Positions 1-7,612 of a DNA stretch of 11,972 nt are shown piece by piece. The notes under the pieces are model-generated. The model was not told the origin of the DNA. It saw nothing but the letters and a program-made list of their open reading frames with translations, and ran no database searches. Within the stretch, counting starts at the first letter, position 1, and each line of letters opens with the position of its first letter. The position numbers and the translations under genes were made by a program. The DNA is from a virus. Location of the stretch: UHGV virus genome UHGV-1583900. The stretch is one strand, 5' to 3'.

Positions 1-76
1 AAAACCGACATGTTGATTTCCTGAAACGGGATATCATCAAAGCCATGAACAAAGCAGCCGCGCTGGATGAACTGAT

Positions 77-643
77 ATGGGCCGCAGTGCGGCGAACAAC
101 ATCACGCAGTCCGGCGGCACGGAGTGGAGCAAGCGTGACAAGTCCACGTATGACCCGACCGACGATATCGAAGCCTACGCGCTGAACGCCAGCGGTGTGG
201 TGAATATCATCGTGTTTGATCCGAAAGGCTGGGCGCTGTTCCGTTCCTTCAAAGCCGTCAAGGAGAAGCTGGATACCCGTCGCGGCTCTCATTCCGAGCT
301 GGAGACAGCGGTGAAAGACCTGGGCAAAGCGGTGTCCTATAAGGGGATGTATGGCGATGTGGCCATCGTCGTGTATTCCGGACAGTACGTGGAAAACGGC
401 GTCAAAAAGAACTTCCTGCCGGACAACACGATGGTGCTGGGGAACACTCAGGCACGCGGTCTGCGCACCTATGGCTGCATTCAGGATGCGGACGCACAGC
501 GCGAAGGTATTAACGCCTCTGCCCGCTACCCGAAAAACTGGGTGACCACCGGCGATCCGGCGCGTGAGTTCACCATGATTCAGTCAGCACCGCTGATGCT
601 GCTGGCTGACCCTGATGAGTTCGTGTCCGTACAACTGGCGTAA
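77..643 (+). CDS. E: Major capsid protein E, C-terminal 188 codons only; 5' part of the gene not readable in this frame
   Basis: Translation ends ...SAPLMLLADPDEFVSVQLA, matching my recollection of the lambda gpE C-terminus over its whole length. The frame is closed upstream by TGA at 68..70 and 14..16, so the expected N-terminal ~150 codons are not encoded in frame. Confidence 0.8.
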   Translation: MGRSAANNITQSGGTEWSKRDKSTYDPTDDIEAYALNASGVVNIIVFDPKGWALFRSFKAVKEKLDTRRGSHSELETAVKDLGKAVSYKGMYGDVAIVVYSGQYVENGVKKNFLPDNTMVLGNTQARGLRTYGCIQDADAQREGINASARYPKNWVTTGDPAREFTMIQSAPLMLLADPDEFVSVQLA

Positions 644-645
644 TC

Positions 646-672
646 ATGGCCCTTCGGGGCCATTTTCTCTCT
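646..672 (+). terminator. Terminator-like hairpin just after E: 7-bp stem ATGGCCC/GGGCCAT with TTCG loop, then a T-rich run
   Basis: Inverted repeat 646..652 / 657..663 with loop 653..656, followed by TTTTCTCTCT. Lies between the E stop (641..643) and the FI ribosome-binding site GGAGGA (675..680). Confidence 0.35.
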
Positions 673-684
673 GTGGAGGAGTCC

Positions 685-1080
685 ATGACGAAAGATGAAC
701 TGATTGCCCGTCTCCGGTCGCTGGGTGAGCAACTGAACCGTGATGTCAGCCTGACGGGGACGAAAGAAGAACTGGCGCTCCGTGTGGCAGAGCTGGAAGA
801 GGAGCTTGATGACACGGATGACGCTGCCGGTCAGGACACATCTGTCAGCCCGGAAAATGCGCTGACCGGACATGAAAATGAGGTGGTATCAGCGCAGCCG
901 GATACCGTGATTGATACGGCTGCTCTGGTCACGGTCGTGGCACTGGTGACGCTGCATACTGATGCACTTCACGCCACGCGGGATGAACCTGTGGCATTTG
1001 TGCTGCCGGGAACGGCGTTTCGTGTCTCTGCCGGTGTGGCAGCCGAAATGACAGAGCGCGGCCTGGCCAGAATGCAATAA
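685..1080 (+). CDS. FI: DNA packaging / head assembly protein FI
   Basis: MTKDELIARLRSLGEQLNRDVSLTG... matches lambda gpFI as I recall it. ATG at 685 is preceded by GGAGGA (675..680). The track ORF from 646 is an upstream in-frame extension that starts inside the hairpin and is unlikely to be used. Confidence 0.85.
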   Translation: MTKDELIARLRSLGEQLNRDVSLTGTKEELALRVAELEEELDDTDDAAGQDTSVSPENALTGHENEVVSAQPDTVIDTAALVTVVALVTLHTDALHATRDEPVAFVLPGTAFRVSAGVAAEMTERGLARMQ

Positions 1081-1091
1081 CGGGAGGCGCT

Positions 1092-1445
1092 GTGGCTGAT
1101 TTCGATAACCTGTTCGATGCTGCCATTGCCCGCGCCGATGAAACGATACGCGGGTACATGGGAACGTCAGCCACCATTACATCCGGTGAGCAGTCAGGTG
1201 CGGTGATACGTGGTGTTTTTGATGACCCTGAAAATATCAGCTATGCCGGACAGGGCGTGCGCGTTGAAGGCTCCAGCCCGTCCCTGTTTGTCCGGACTGA
1301 TGATGCGCGGCAGCTGCGGCGTGGAGACACGCTGACCATCGGTGAGGAAAATTTCTGGGTAGATCGGGTTTCGCCGGATGATGGCGGAAGCTGTCATCTC
1401 TGGCTTGGGCGGGGCGTACCGCCTGCCGTTAACCGTCGCCGCTGA
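1092..1445 (+). CDS. FII: Head-tail joining protein FII
   Basis: MADFDNLFDAAIARADETIRGYMG... 117 aa, matching lambda gpFII. GTG start at 1092 preceded by GGGAGG (1082..1087). Confidence 0.88.
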   Translation: MADFDNLFDAAIARADETIRGYMGTSATITSGEQSGAVIRGVFDDPENISYAGQGVRVEGSSPSLFVRTDDARQLRRGDTLTIGEENFWVDRVSPDDGGSCHLWLGRGVPPAVNRRR

Positions 1446-1456
1446 AAGGGGGATGT

Positions 1457-2035
1457 ATGGCCATAAAAGGTCTTGAGCAGGCCGTTGAAAACCTCAGCCG
1501 TATCAGCAAAACGGCGGTGCCCGGTGCCGCCGCAATGGCCATTAACCGCGTTGCTTCATCCGCGATATCGCAGTAGGCGTCACAGGTTGCCCGTGAGACA
1601 AAGGTACGCCGGAAACTGGTAAAGGAAAGGGCCAGGCTGAAAAGGGCCACGGTCAAAAATCCGCAGGCCAGAATCAGGGTTAACCGGGGGGATTTGCCCG
1701 TAATAAAGCTGGGTAACGCGCGGATTGTCCTGTCCCGACGCAGGCGTCGTAAAAAGGGGCAGCGTTCAGCCCTGAAAGGTGGCGGCAGCGTGCTTGTGGT
1801 GGGAAACCGTCGTATTCCCGGCGCGTTTATTCAGCAACTGAAAAATGGCCGCTGGCATGTCATGCAGCGTGTGGCCGGGAAAAACCGTTACCCCATTGAT
1901 GTGGTGAAAATCCCGATGGCGGTGCCGCTGACCACGGCGTTTAAACAGAATATTGAACGGATACGGCGTGAACGTCTTCCGAAAGAGCTGGGCTATGCGC
2001 TGCAGCATCAACTGAGAATGGTAATAAAGCGATGA
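1457..2035 (+). pseudogene. Z: Tail completion protein Z interrupted by an in-frame amber codon (TAG at 1574..1576, codon 40)
   Basis: ATG 1457 with GGGGGA upstream. Translation MAIKGLEQAVENLSRISKTAVPGAAAMAINRVASSAISQ*ASQVARETKVRRKLVKE...LRMVIKR. The frame is lambda-Z-like on both sides of the TAG with no frameshift; the 1694..2035 track ORF is the 3' part of the same frame. Confidence 0.85.
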
Positions 2036-2427
2036 AACATACTGAACTCCGTGCAGCCGTACTGGATGCACTGGAGAAGCATGACACCGGGGCGACGCTT
2101 TTTGATGGTCGCCCCGCTGTTTTTGATGAGGCGGATTTTCCGGCAATTGCCGTTTATCTCACCGGCGCTGAATACACGGGCGAAGAGCTGGACAGTGATA
2201 CCTGGCAGGCGGAGCTGCATATTGAAGTTTTCCTGCCTGCTCAGGTGCCGGATTCAGAGCTGGATTCGTGGATGGAGTCCCGGATTTATCCGGTGATGAG
2301 CGATATCCCGGCACTGTCAGATTTGATCACCAGTATGGTGGTCAGTGGCTATGACTACCGGCGCGACGATGATGCGGGCCTGTGGAGTTCAGCCGATCTG
2401 ACTTATGTCATTACCTATGAAATGTGA
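2032..2427 (+). CDS. U: Tail tube terminator protein U
   Basis: [45 protein letters not shown]... 131 aa, matching lambda gpU. Start overlaps the Z stop (ATGA at 2032..2035). Confidence 0.9.
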   Translation: MKHTELRAAVLDALEKHDTGATLFDGRPAVFDEADFPAIAVYLTGAEYTGEELDSDTWQAELHIEVFLPAQVPDSELDSWMESRIYPVMSDIPALSDLITSMVVSGYDYRRDDDAGLWSSADLTYVITYEM

Positions 2428-2434
2428 GGACGAT

Positions 2435-3175
2435 ATGCCTGTACCAAATCCTGTAATGCCGGTGAAAGGTGCCGGGACCACCCTGTGGGTTTATAAGGGG
2501 AGCGGTGACCCTTATGCGAACCCGCTTTCAGACGTTGACTGGTCGCGTCTGGCAAAAGTTAAAGACCTGACGCCCGGCGAACTGACCGCTGAGTCCTATG
2601 ACGACAGTTATCTCGATGATGAAGATGCGGACTGGACCGCGACCGGACAGGGGCAGAAGTCAGCCGGAGATACCAGCTTCACGCTGGCGTGGATGCCCGG
2701 AGAGCAGGGGCAGCAGGCGCTGCTGGCGTGGTTTAATGAAGGTGATACCCGTGCCTATAAAATCCGCTTCCCGAACGGCACGGTCGATGTGTTCCGTGGC
2801 TGGGTCAGCAGTATCGGTAAGGCGGTGACGGCGAAGGAAGTGATCACCCGCACGGTGAAAGTCACCAACGTGGGACGTCCGTCGATGGCAGAAGATCGCA
2901 GCACGGTAACAGCGGCAACCGGCATGACCGTGACGCCTGCCAGCACTTCGGTGGTGAAAGGGCAGAGCACCACGCTGACCGTGGCATTCCAGCCGGAAGG
3001 CGCAACCGACAAGAGCTTCCGTGCGGTGTCTGCGGATAAAACAAAAGCCACCGTGTCGGTCAGTGGTATGACCATCACCGTGAAAGGCGTTGCTGCAGGC
3101 AAGGTCAACATTCCGGTTGTATCCGGTAATGGTGAACTTGCTGCGGTTGCAGAAATCACTGTCACCGACAGTTAA
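2435..3175 (+). CDS. V: Major tail tube protein V, with C-terminal Ig-like (Big_2-type) domain
   Basis: [42 protein letters not shown]... 246 aa, matching lambda gpV. ATG at 2435 preceded by GAGGA (2426..2430). The track ORF starting at 2405 is a 5' extension into the end of U. Confidence 0.9.
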   Translation: MPVPNPVMPVKGAGTTLWVYKGSGDPYANPLSDVDWSRLAKVKDLTPGELTAESYDDSYLDDEDADWTATGQGQKSAGDTSFTLAWMPGEQGQQALLAWFNEGDTRAYKIRFPNGTVDVFRGWVSSIGKAVTAKEVITRTVKVTNVGRPSMAEDRSTVTAATGMTVTPASTSVVKGQSTTLTVAFQPEGATDKSFRAVSADKTKATVSVSGMTITVKGVAAGKVNIPVVSGNGELAAVAEITVTDS

Positions 3176-3190
3176 TCCGGAGAGTCAGCG

Positions 3191-3613
3191 ATGTTCCTGA
3201 AAACCGAATCATTTGAACATAACGGCGTGACCGTCACGCTTTCTGAACTGTCAGCCCTGCAGCGTATTGAGCATCTCGCCCTGATGAAACGGCAGGCAGA
3301 ACAGGCGGAGTCAGACAGCAACCGGAAGTTTACTGTGGAAGACGCCATCAGAACCGGTGCTTTTGTGGTGGCTATGTCCCTGTGGCATAACCATCCGCAG
3401 AAGACAAAGCAGCCTTCCATGAATGAAGCCGTTAAACAGATTGAGCAGGAAGTGCTTACCACCTGGCCCACAGAGGCAATTTCTCATGCTGAAAACGTGG
3501 TGTACCGGCTGTCCGGTATGTATGAGTTTGTGGTGAATAATACCCCTGAACAGACAGAGGACGCCGGGCCTGCAGAGCCTGTTTCTGCGGGAAAGTGTTC
3601 GACGGTGAGCTGA
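3191..3613 (+). CDS. G: Tail assembly chaperone G
   Basis: MFLKTESFEHNGVTVTLSELSALQRIEHLALMKRQAEQ... 140 aa, matching lambda gpG. RBS GGAGAG at 3179..3184. Confidence 0.9.
   Translation: MFLKTESFEHNGVTVTLSELSALQRIEHLALMKRQAEQAESDSNRKFTVEDAIRTGAFVVAMSLWHNHPQKTKQPSMNEAVKQIEQEVLTTWPTEAISHAENVVYRLSGMYEFVVNNTPEQTEDAGPAEPVSAGKCSTVS
3589..3595 (+). promoter_or_regulatory. Programmed -1 ribosomal frameshift slippery heptamer G GGA AAG (G to G-T fusion)
   Basis: In the G frame the codons are GCG GGA AAG TGT; the heptamer GGGAAAG sits 6 codons before the G stop. A -1 shift gives GGG AAA GTG TTC GAC, which continues into the T frame. Confidence 0.85.
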
Positions 3614-4029
3614 GTTTTGCCCTGAAACTGGCGCGTGAGATGGGGCGACCCGACTGGCGCGCCATGCTTGCCGGGATGTCATCCACGGAGTATGCCGACT
3701 GGCACCGCTTTTACAGTACCCATTATTTTCATGATGTTCTGCTGGATATGCACTTTTCCGGGCTGACGTACACCGTGCTCAGCCTGTTTTTCAGCGATCC
3801 GGATATGCATCCGCTGGATTTCAGTCTGCTGAACCGGCGCGAGGCTGACGAAGAGCCTGAAGATGATGTGCTGATGCAGAAAGCGGCAGGGCTTGCCGGA
3901 GGCGTCCGCTTTGGCCCGGACGGGAATGAAGTTATCCCCGCTTCCCCGGATGTGGCGGACATGACGGAGGATGACGTAATGCTGATGACAGTATCAGAAG
4001 GGATCGCAGGAGGAGTCCGGTATGGCTGA
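3595..4029 (+). CDS. T: Tail assembly protein T; T-frame segment expressed only as the G-T fusion (3191..3594 joined by -1 frameshift to 3595..4029)
   Basis: T-frame translation VFDGELSFALKLAREMGRPDWRAMLAGMSSTEYADWHRFYSTHYFHDV... matches lambda gpT. No RBS or convincing start of its own; the M in the ORF track is the GTG at 3595 inside the slippery site. Confidence 0.85.
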   Translation: MFDGELSFALKLAREMGRPDWRAMLAGMSSTEYADWHRFYSTHYFHDVLLDMHFSGLTYTVLSLFFSDPDMHPLDFSLLNRREADEEPEDDVLMQKAAGLAGGVRFGPDGNEVIPASPDVADMTEDDVMLMTVSEGIAGGVRYG

Positions 4030-6583
4030 ACCGGTAGGCGATCTGGTCGTTGATTTAAGTCTGGATGCGGCCAGATTTGACGAGCAGATGGCCAGAGTCA
4101 GGCGTCATTTTTCCGGTACGGAAAGTGATGCGAAAAAAACAGCGGCAGTCGTTGAACAGTCGCTGAGCCGACAGGCGCTGGCTGCACAGAAAGCGGGGAT
4201 TTCCGTCGGGCAGTATAAAGCCGCCATGCGTATGCTGCCTGCACAGTTCACCGACGTGGCCACGCAGCTTGCAGGCGGGCAAAGCCCGTGGCTGATCCTG
4301 CTGCAACAGGGGGGTCAGGTTAAGGACTCCTTCGGCGGGATGATCCCCATGTTCAGGGGGCTTGCCGGTGCGATCACCCTGCCGATGGTGGGGGCCACCT
4401 CGCTGGCGGTGGCGACCGGTGCGCTGGCGTATGCCTGGTATCAGGGCAACTCAACCCTGTCCGATTTCAACAAAACGCTGGTCCTTTCCGGCAATCAGGC
4501 GGGACTGACGGCAGATCGTATGCTGGTCCTGTCCAGAGCCGGGCAGGCGGCAGGGCTGACGTTTAACCAGACCAGCGAGTCACTGACGGCGCTGGTGAAT
4601 GCCGGTGTGCGTGGTGGTGAGCAGTTTGAGGCGATCAGCCAGAGTGTGGCGCGTTTCTCCTCTGCATCCGGCGTGGAGGTGGACAAGGTCGCTGAAGCCT
4701 TCGGGAAGCTGACCACAGACCCGACGTCGGGGCTGACGGCGATGGCACGCCAGTTCCATAACGTGACGGCGGAGCAGATTGCGTATGTTGCTCAGTTGCA
4801 GCGTTCCGGCGATGAAGCCGGGGCATTGCAGGCGGCGAACGAGGCCGCAACGAAAGGGTTTGATGACCAGACCCGCCGCCTGAAAGAGAACATGGGCACG
4901 CTGGAGACCTGGGCAGACAGGACAGCACGGGCATTCAAATCCATGTGGGATGCGGTGCTGGATATTGGTCGTCCTGATACCGCGCAGGAGATGCTGATTA
5001 AGGCAGAGGCCGCGTTTAAGAAAGCGGACGATATCTGGAATCTGCGCAAGGATGATTATTTTGTTAACGATGAAGCGCGGGCGCGTTACTGGGATGATCG
5101 TGAAAAGGCCCGTCTTGCGCTTGAAGTCGCCCGAAAGAAGGCTGAGCAGCAGAGTCAACAGGACAAAAATGCGCAGCAGCAGAGCGATACCGAAGCGTCA
5201 CGGCTGAAATATACCGAAGAGGCGCAGAAGGCTTACGAACGGCTGCAGACGCCGCTGGAGAAATATACCGCCCGTCAGGAAGAACTGAACAAGGCACTGA
5301 AAGACGGGAAAATCCTGCAGGCGGATTACAACACGCTGATGGCGGCGGCGAAAAAGGATTATGAAGCGACGCTGAAAAAGCCGAAACAGTCCGGCGTGAA
5401 GGTGTCTGCGGGCGATCGTCAGGAAGACAGTGCTCATGCTGCCCTGCTGACGCTTCAGGCTGAACTCCGGACGCTGGAGAAGCATGCCGGAGCAAATGAG
5501 AAAATCAGCCAGCAGCGCCGGGATTTGTGGAAGGCGGAGAGTCAGTTCGCGGTACTGGAGGAGGCGGCGCAACGTCGCCAGCTGTCCGCACAGGAGAAAT
5601 CCCTGCTGGCGCATAAAGATGAGACGCTGGAGTACAAACGCCAGCTGGCTGCACTTGGCGACAAGGTTACGTATCAGGAGCGCCTGAACGCGCTGGCGCA
5701 GCAGGCGGATAAATTCGCACAGCAGCAACGGGCAAAACGGGCCGCCATTGATGCGAAAAGCCGGGGGCTGACTGACCGGCAGGCAGAACGGGAAGCCACG
5801 GAACAGCGCCTGAAGGAACAGTATGGCGATAATTCGCTGGCGCTGAATAACGTCATGTCAGAGCAGAAAAAGACCTGGGCGGCTGAAGACCTGCTTCGCG
5901 GGAGCTGGATGGCAGGCCTCAGGTCCGGCTGGAGTGAGTGGGAAGAGAGCGCCACGGACAGTATGTCGCAGGTAAAAAGTGCAGCCACGCAGACCTTTGA
6001 TGGTATTGCGCAGAATATGGCGGCGATGCTGACCGGCAGTGAGCAGAACTGGCGCAGCTTCACCCGTTCCGTGCTGTCCATGATGACAGAAATTCTGCTT
6101 AAGCAGGCAATGGTGGGGATTGTCGGGAGTATCGGCAGCGCCATTGGCGGGGCTGTTGGTGGCGGCGCATCCGCGTCAGGCGGTACAGCCATTCAGGCCG
6201 CTGCGGCGAAATTCCATTTTGCAACCGGAGGATTTACGGGAACCGGCGGCAAATATGAGCCAGCGGGGATTGTTCACCGTGGTGAATTTGTCTTCACGAA
6301 GGAGGCAACCAGCCGGATTGGCGTGGGGAATCTTTACCGGCTGATGCGCGGCTATGCCACCGGCGGTTATGTCGGTACACCGGGCAGCATGGCAGACAGC
6401 CGGTCGCAGGCGTCCGGGACGTTTGAGCAGAATAACCATGTGGTGATTAACAACGACGGCACGAACGGTCAGATAGGGCCACAGGCGCTGAAGGCTGTTT
6501 ATGACGTAGCCCGTAAGGCGGCAATGGATGTTGTGACCGGGCAGATGCGTGATGGTGGTCTGTTCTCCGGAGGTGGACGATGA
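4022..6583 (+). CDS. H: Tail tape measure protein H
   Basis: 853 aa, MAEPVGDLVVDLSLDAARFDEQMARVRRHFSGTESDAKK... matching lambda gpH in length and sequence. Start overlaps the end of T (ATGGCTGA). Long coiled-coil-like central region and Gly-rich C-terminal segment. Confidence 0.93.
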   Translation: MAEPVGDLVVDLSLDAARFDEQMARVRRHFSGTESDAKKTAAVVEQSLSRQALAAQKAGISVGQYKAAMRMLPAQFTDVATQLAGGQSPWLILLQQGGQVKDSFGGMIPMFRGLAGAITLPMVGATSLAVATGALAYAWYQGNSTLSDFNKTLVLSGNQAGLTADRMLVLSRAGQAAGLTFNQTSESLTALVNAGVRGGEQFEAISQSVARFSSASGVEVDKVAEAFGKLTTDPTSGLTAMARQFHNVTAEQIAYVAQLQRSGDEAGALQAANEAATKGFDDQTRRLKENMGTLETWADRTARAFKSMWDAVLDIGRPDTAQEMLIKAEAAFKKADDIWNLRKDDYFVNDEARARYWDDREKARLALEVARKKAEQQSQQDKNAQQQSDTEASRLKYTEEAQKAYERLQTPLEKYTARQEELNKALKDGKILQADYNTLMAAAKKDYEATLKKPKQSGVKVSAGDRQEDSAHAALLTLQAELRTLEKHAGANEKISQQRRDLWKAESQFAVLEEAAQRRQLSAQEKSLLAHKDETLEYKRQLAALGDKVTYQERLNALAQQADKFAQQQRAKRAAIDAKSRGLTDRQAEREATEQRLKEQYGDNSLALNNVMSEQKKTWAAEDLLRGSWMAGLRSGWSEWEESATDSMSQVKSAATQTFDGIAQNMAAMLTGSEQNWRSFTRSVLSMMTEILLKQAMVGIVGSIGSAIGGAVGGGASASGGTAIQAAAAKFHFATGGFTGTGGKYEPAGIVHRGEFVFTKEATSRIGVGNLYRLMRGYATGGYVGTPGSMADSRSQASGTFEQNNHVVINNDGTNGQIGPQALKAVYDVARKAAMDVVTGQMRDGGLFSGGGR

Positions 6584-6909
6584 AAACCTTCCGCTGGAAA
6601 GTGAAACCCGGTATGGATGTGGCTTCGGCCCCTTCCGTCAGGAAAGTGCGCTTTGGTGATGGCTATTCTCAGCGAGCGCCTGCCGGGCTGAATGCCAACC
6701 TGAAAACGTACAGCGTGACGCTTTCTGTCCCCCGTGAGGAGGCCACGGTACTGGAGTCGTTTCTGGAAGAGCACGGGGGCTGGAAATCCTTTCTGTGGAC
6801 GCCGCCTTATGAGTGGCGGCAGATAAAGGTGACCTGCGCAAAATGGTCGTCGCGGGTCAGTATGCTGCGTGTTGAGTTCAGCGCAGAGTTTGAACAGGTG
6901 GTGAACTGA
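6580..6909 (+). CDS. M: Tail tip protein M
   Basis: MKTFRWKVKPGMDVASAPSVRKVRFGDGYSQRAPAGLNANLKTYSV... 109 aa, matching lambda gpM. ATGA overlap with the H stop. Confidence 0.9.
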   Translation: MKTFRWKVKPGMDVASAPSVRKVRFGDGYSQRAPAGLNANLKTYSVTLSVPREEATVLESFLEEHGGWKSFLWTPPYEWRQIKVTCAKWSSRVSMLRVEFSAEFEQVVN

Positions 6910-7607
6910 TGCAGGATATCCGGCAGGAAACACTGAATGAATGCACCCGTGCGGAGCAGTCGGCCAGCGTGGTGCTCTGGGAAATCGACCTGACAGAGGT
7001 CGGTGGAGAACGTTATTTTTTCTGTAATGAGCAGAACGAAAAAGGTGAGCCGGTCACCTGGCAGGGGCGACAGTATCAGCCGTATCCCATTCAGGGGAGC
7101 GGTTTTGAACTGAATGGCAAAGGCACCAGTACGCGCCCCACGCTGACGGTTTCTAACCTGTACGGTATGGTCACCGGGATGGCGGAAGATATGCAGAGTC
7201 TGGTCGGCGGAACGGTGGTCCGGCGTAAGGTTTACGCCCGTTTTCTGGATGCGGTGAACTTCGTCAACGGAAACAGTGGCGCCGATCCGGAGCAGGAGGT
7301 GATCAGCCGCTGGCGCATTGAGCAGTGCAGCGAACTGAGCGCGGTGAGTGCCTCTTTTGTACTGTCCACGCCGACGGAAACGGATGGCGCTGTTTTTCCG
7401 GGACGTATCATGCTGGCCAACACCTGCACCTGGACCTATCGCGGTGATGAGTGCGGTTATCACGGTCCGGCGGTCGCGGATGAATATGACCAGCCGACGT
7501 CCGATATCACGAAGGATAAATGCAGCAAATGCCTGAGCGGTTGTAAGTTCCGCAATAACGTCGGCAACTTTGGCGGCTTCCTTTCCATTAACAAACTTTC
7601 GCAGTAA
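6909..7607 (+). CDS. L: Tail tip protein L (Cys-rich C-terminus, Fe-S cluster binding in lambda)
   Basis: MQDIRQETLNECTRAEQSASVVLWEIDLTEVGGERYFFCNEQNEKGEPVTWQGRQYQPY... 232 aa, matching lambda gpL. Start overlaps the M stop by 1 nt (TGATG). Confidence 0.9.
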   Translation: MQDIRQETLNECTRAEQSASVVLWEIDLTEVGGERYFFCNEQNEKGEPVTWQGRQYQPYPIQGSGFELNGKGTSTRPTLTVSNLYGMVTGMAEDMQSLVGGTVVRRKVYARFLDAVNFVNGNSGADPEQEVISRWRIEQCSELSAVSASFVLSTPTETDGAVFPGRIMLANTCTWTYRGDECGYHGPAVADEYDQPTSDITKDKCSKCLSGCKFRNNVGNFGGFLSINKLSQ

Positions 7608-7612
7608 ATCCC

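Noticed and set aside
351-545. Small nested plus-strand ORFs inside E, H, K and others (e.g. 351..545, 2051..2296, 2598..2828, 5484..5687, 6120..6344, 7348..7536, 8013..8228, 8681..8914)
   Set aside because: They are alternative-frame ORFs embedded in confirmed genes, with no RBS and compositionally biased translations. No evidence of overprinted genes.
646-1080. 144-aa version of FI starting at ATG 646
   Set aside because: ATG 646 is the first base of the post-E hairpin stem and lacks an RBS. ATG 685 follows GGAGGA and matches the lambda FI N-terminus MTKDELIARL...
1694-2035. ORF 1694..2035 as an independent 113-aa gene
   Set aside because: It is the same frame as the Z start at 1457 and is lambda-Z-like throughout; it appears separate only because of the TAG at 1574..1576. 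It is the 3' part of the interrupted Z gene.
2405-3175. 256-aa version of V starting at ATG 2405
   Set aside because: That start lies inside the 3' end of U and has no RBS. ATG 2435 has a GAGGA RBS and gives the 246-aa lambda gpV N-terminus MPVPNP...
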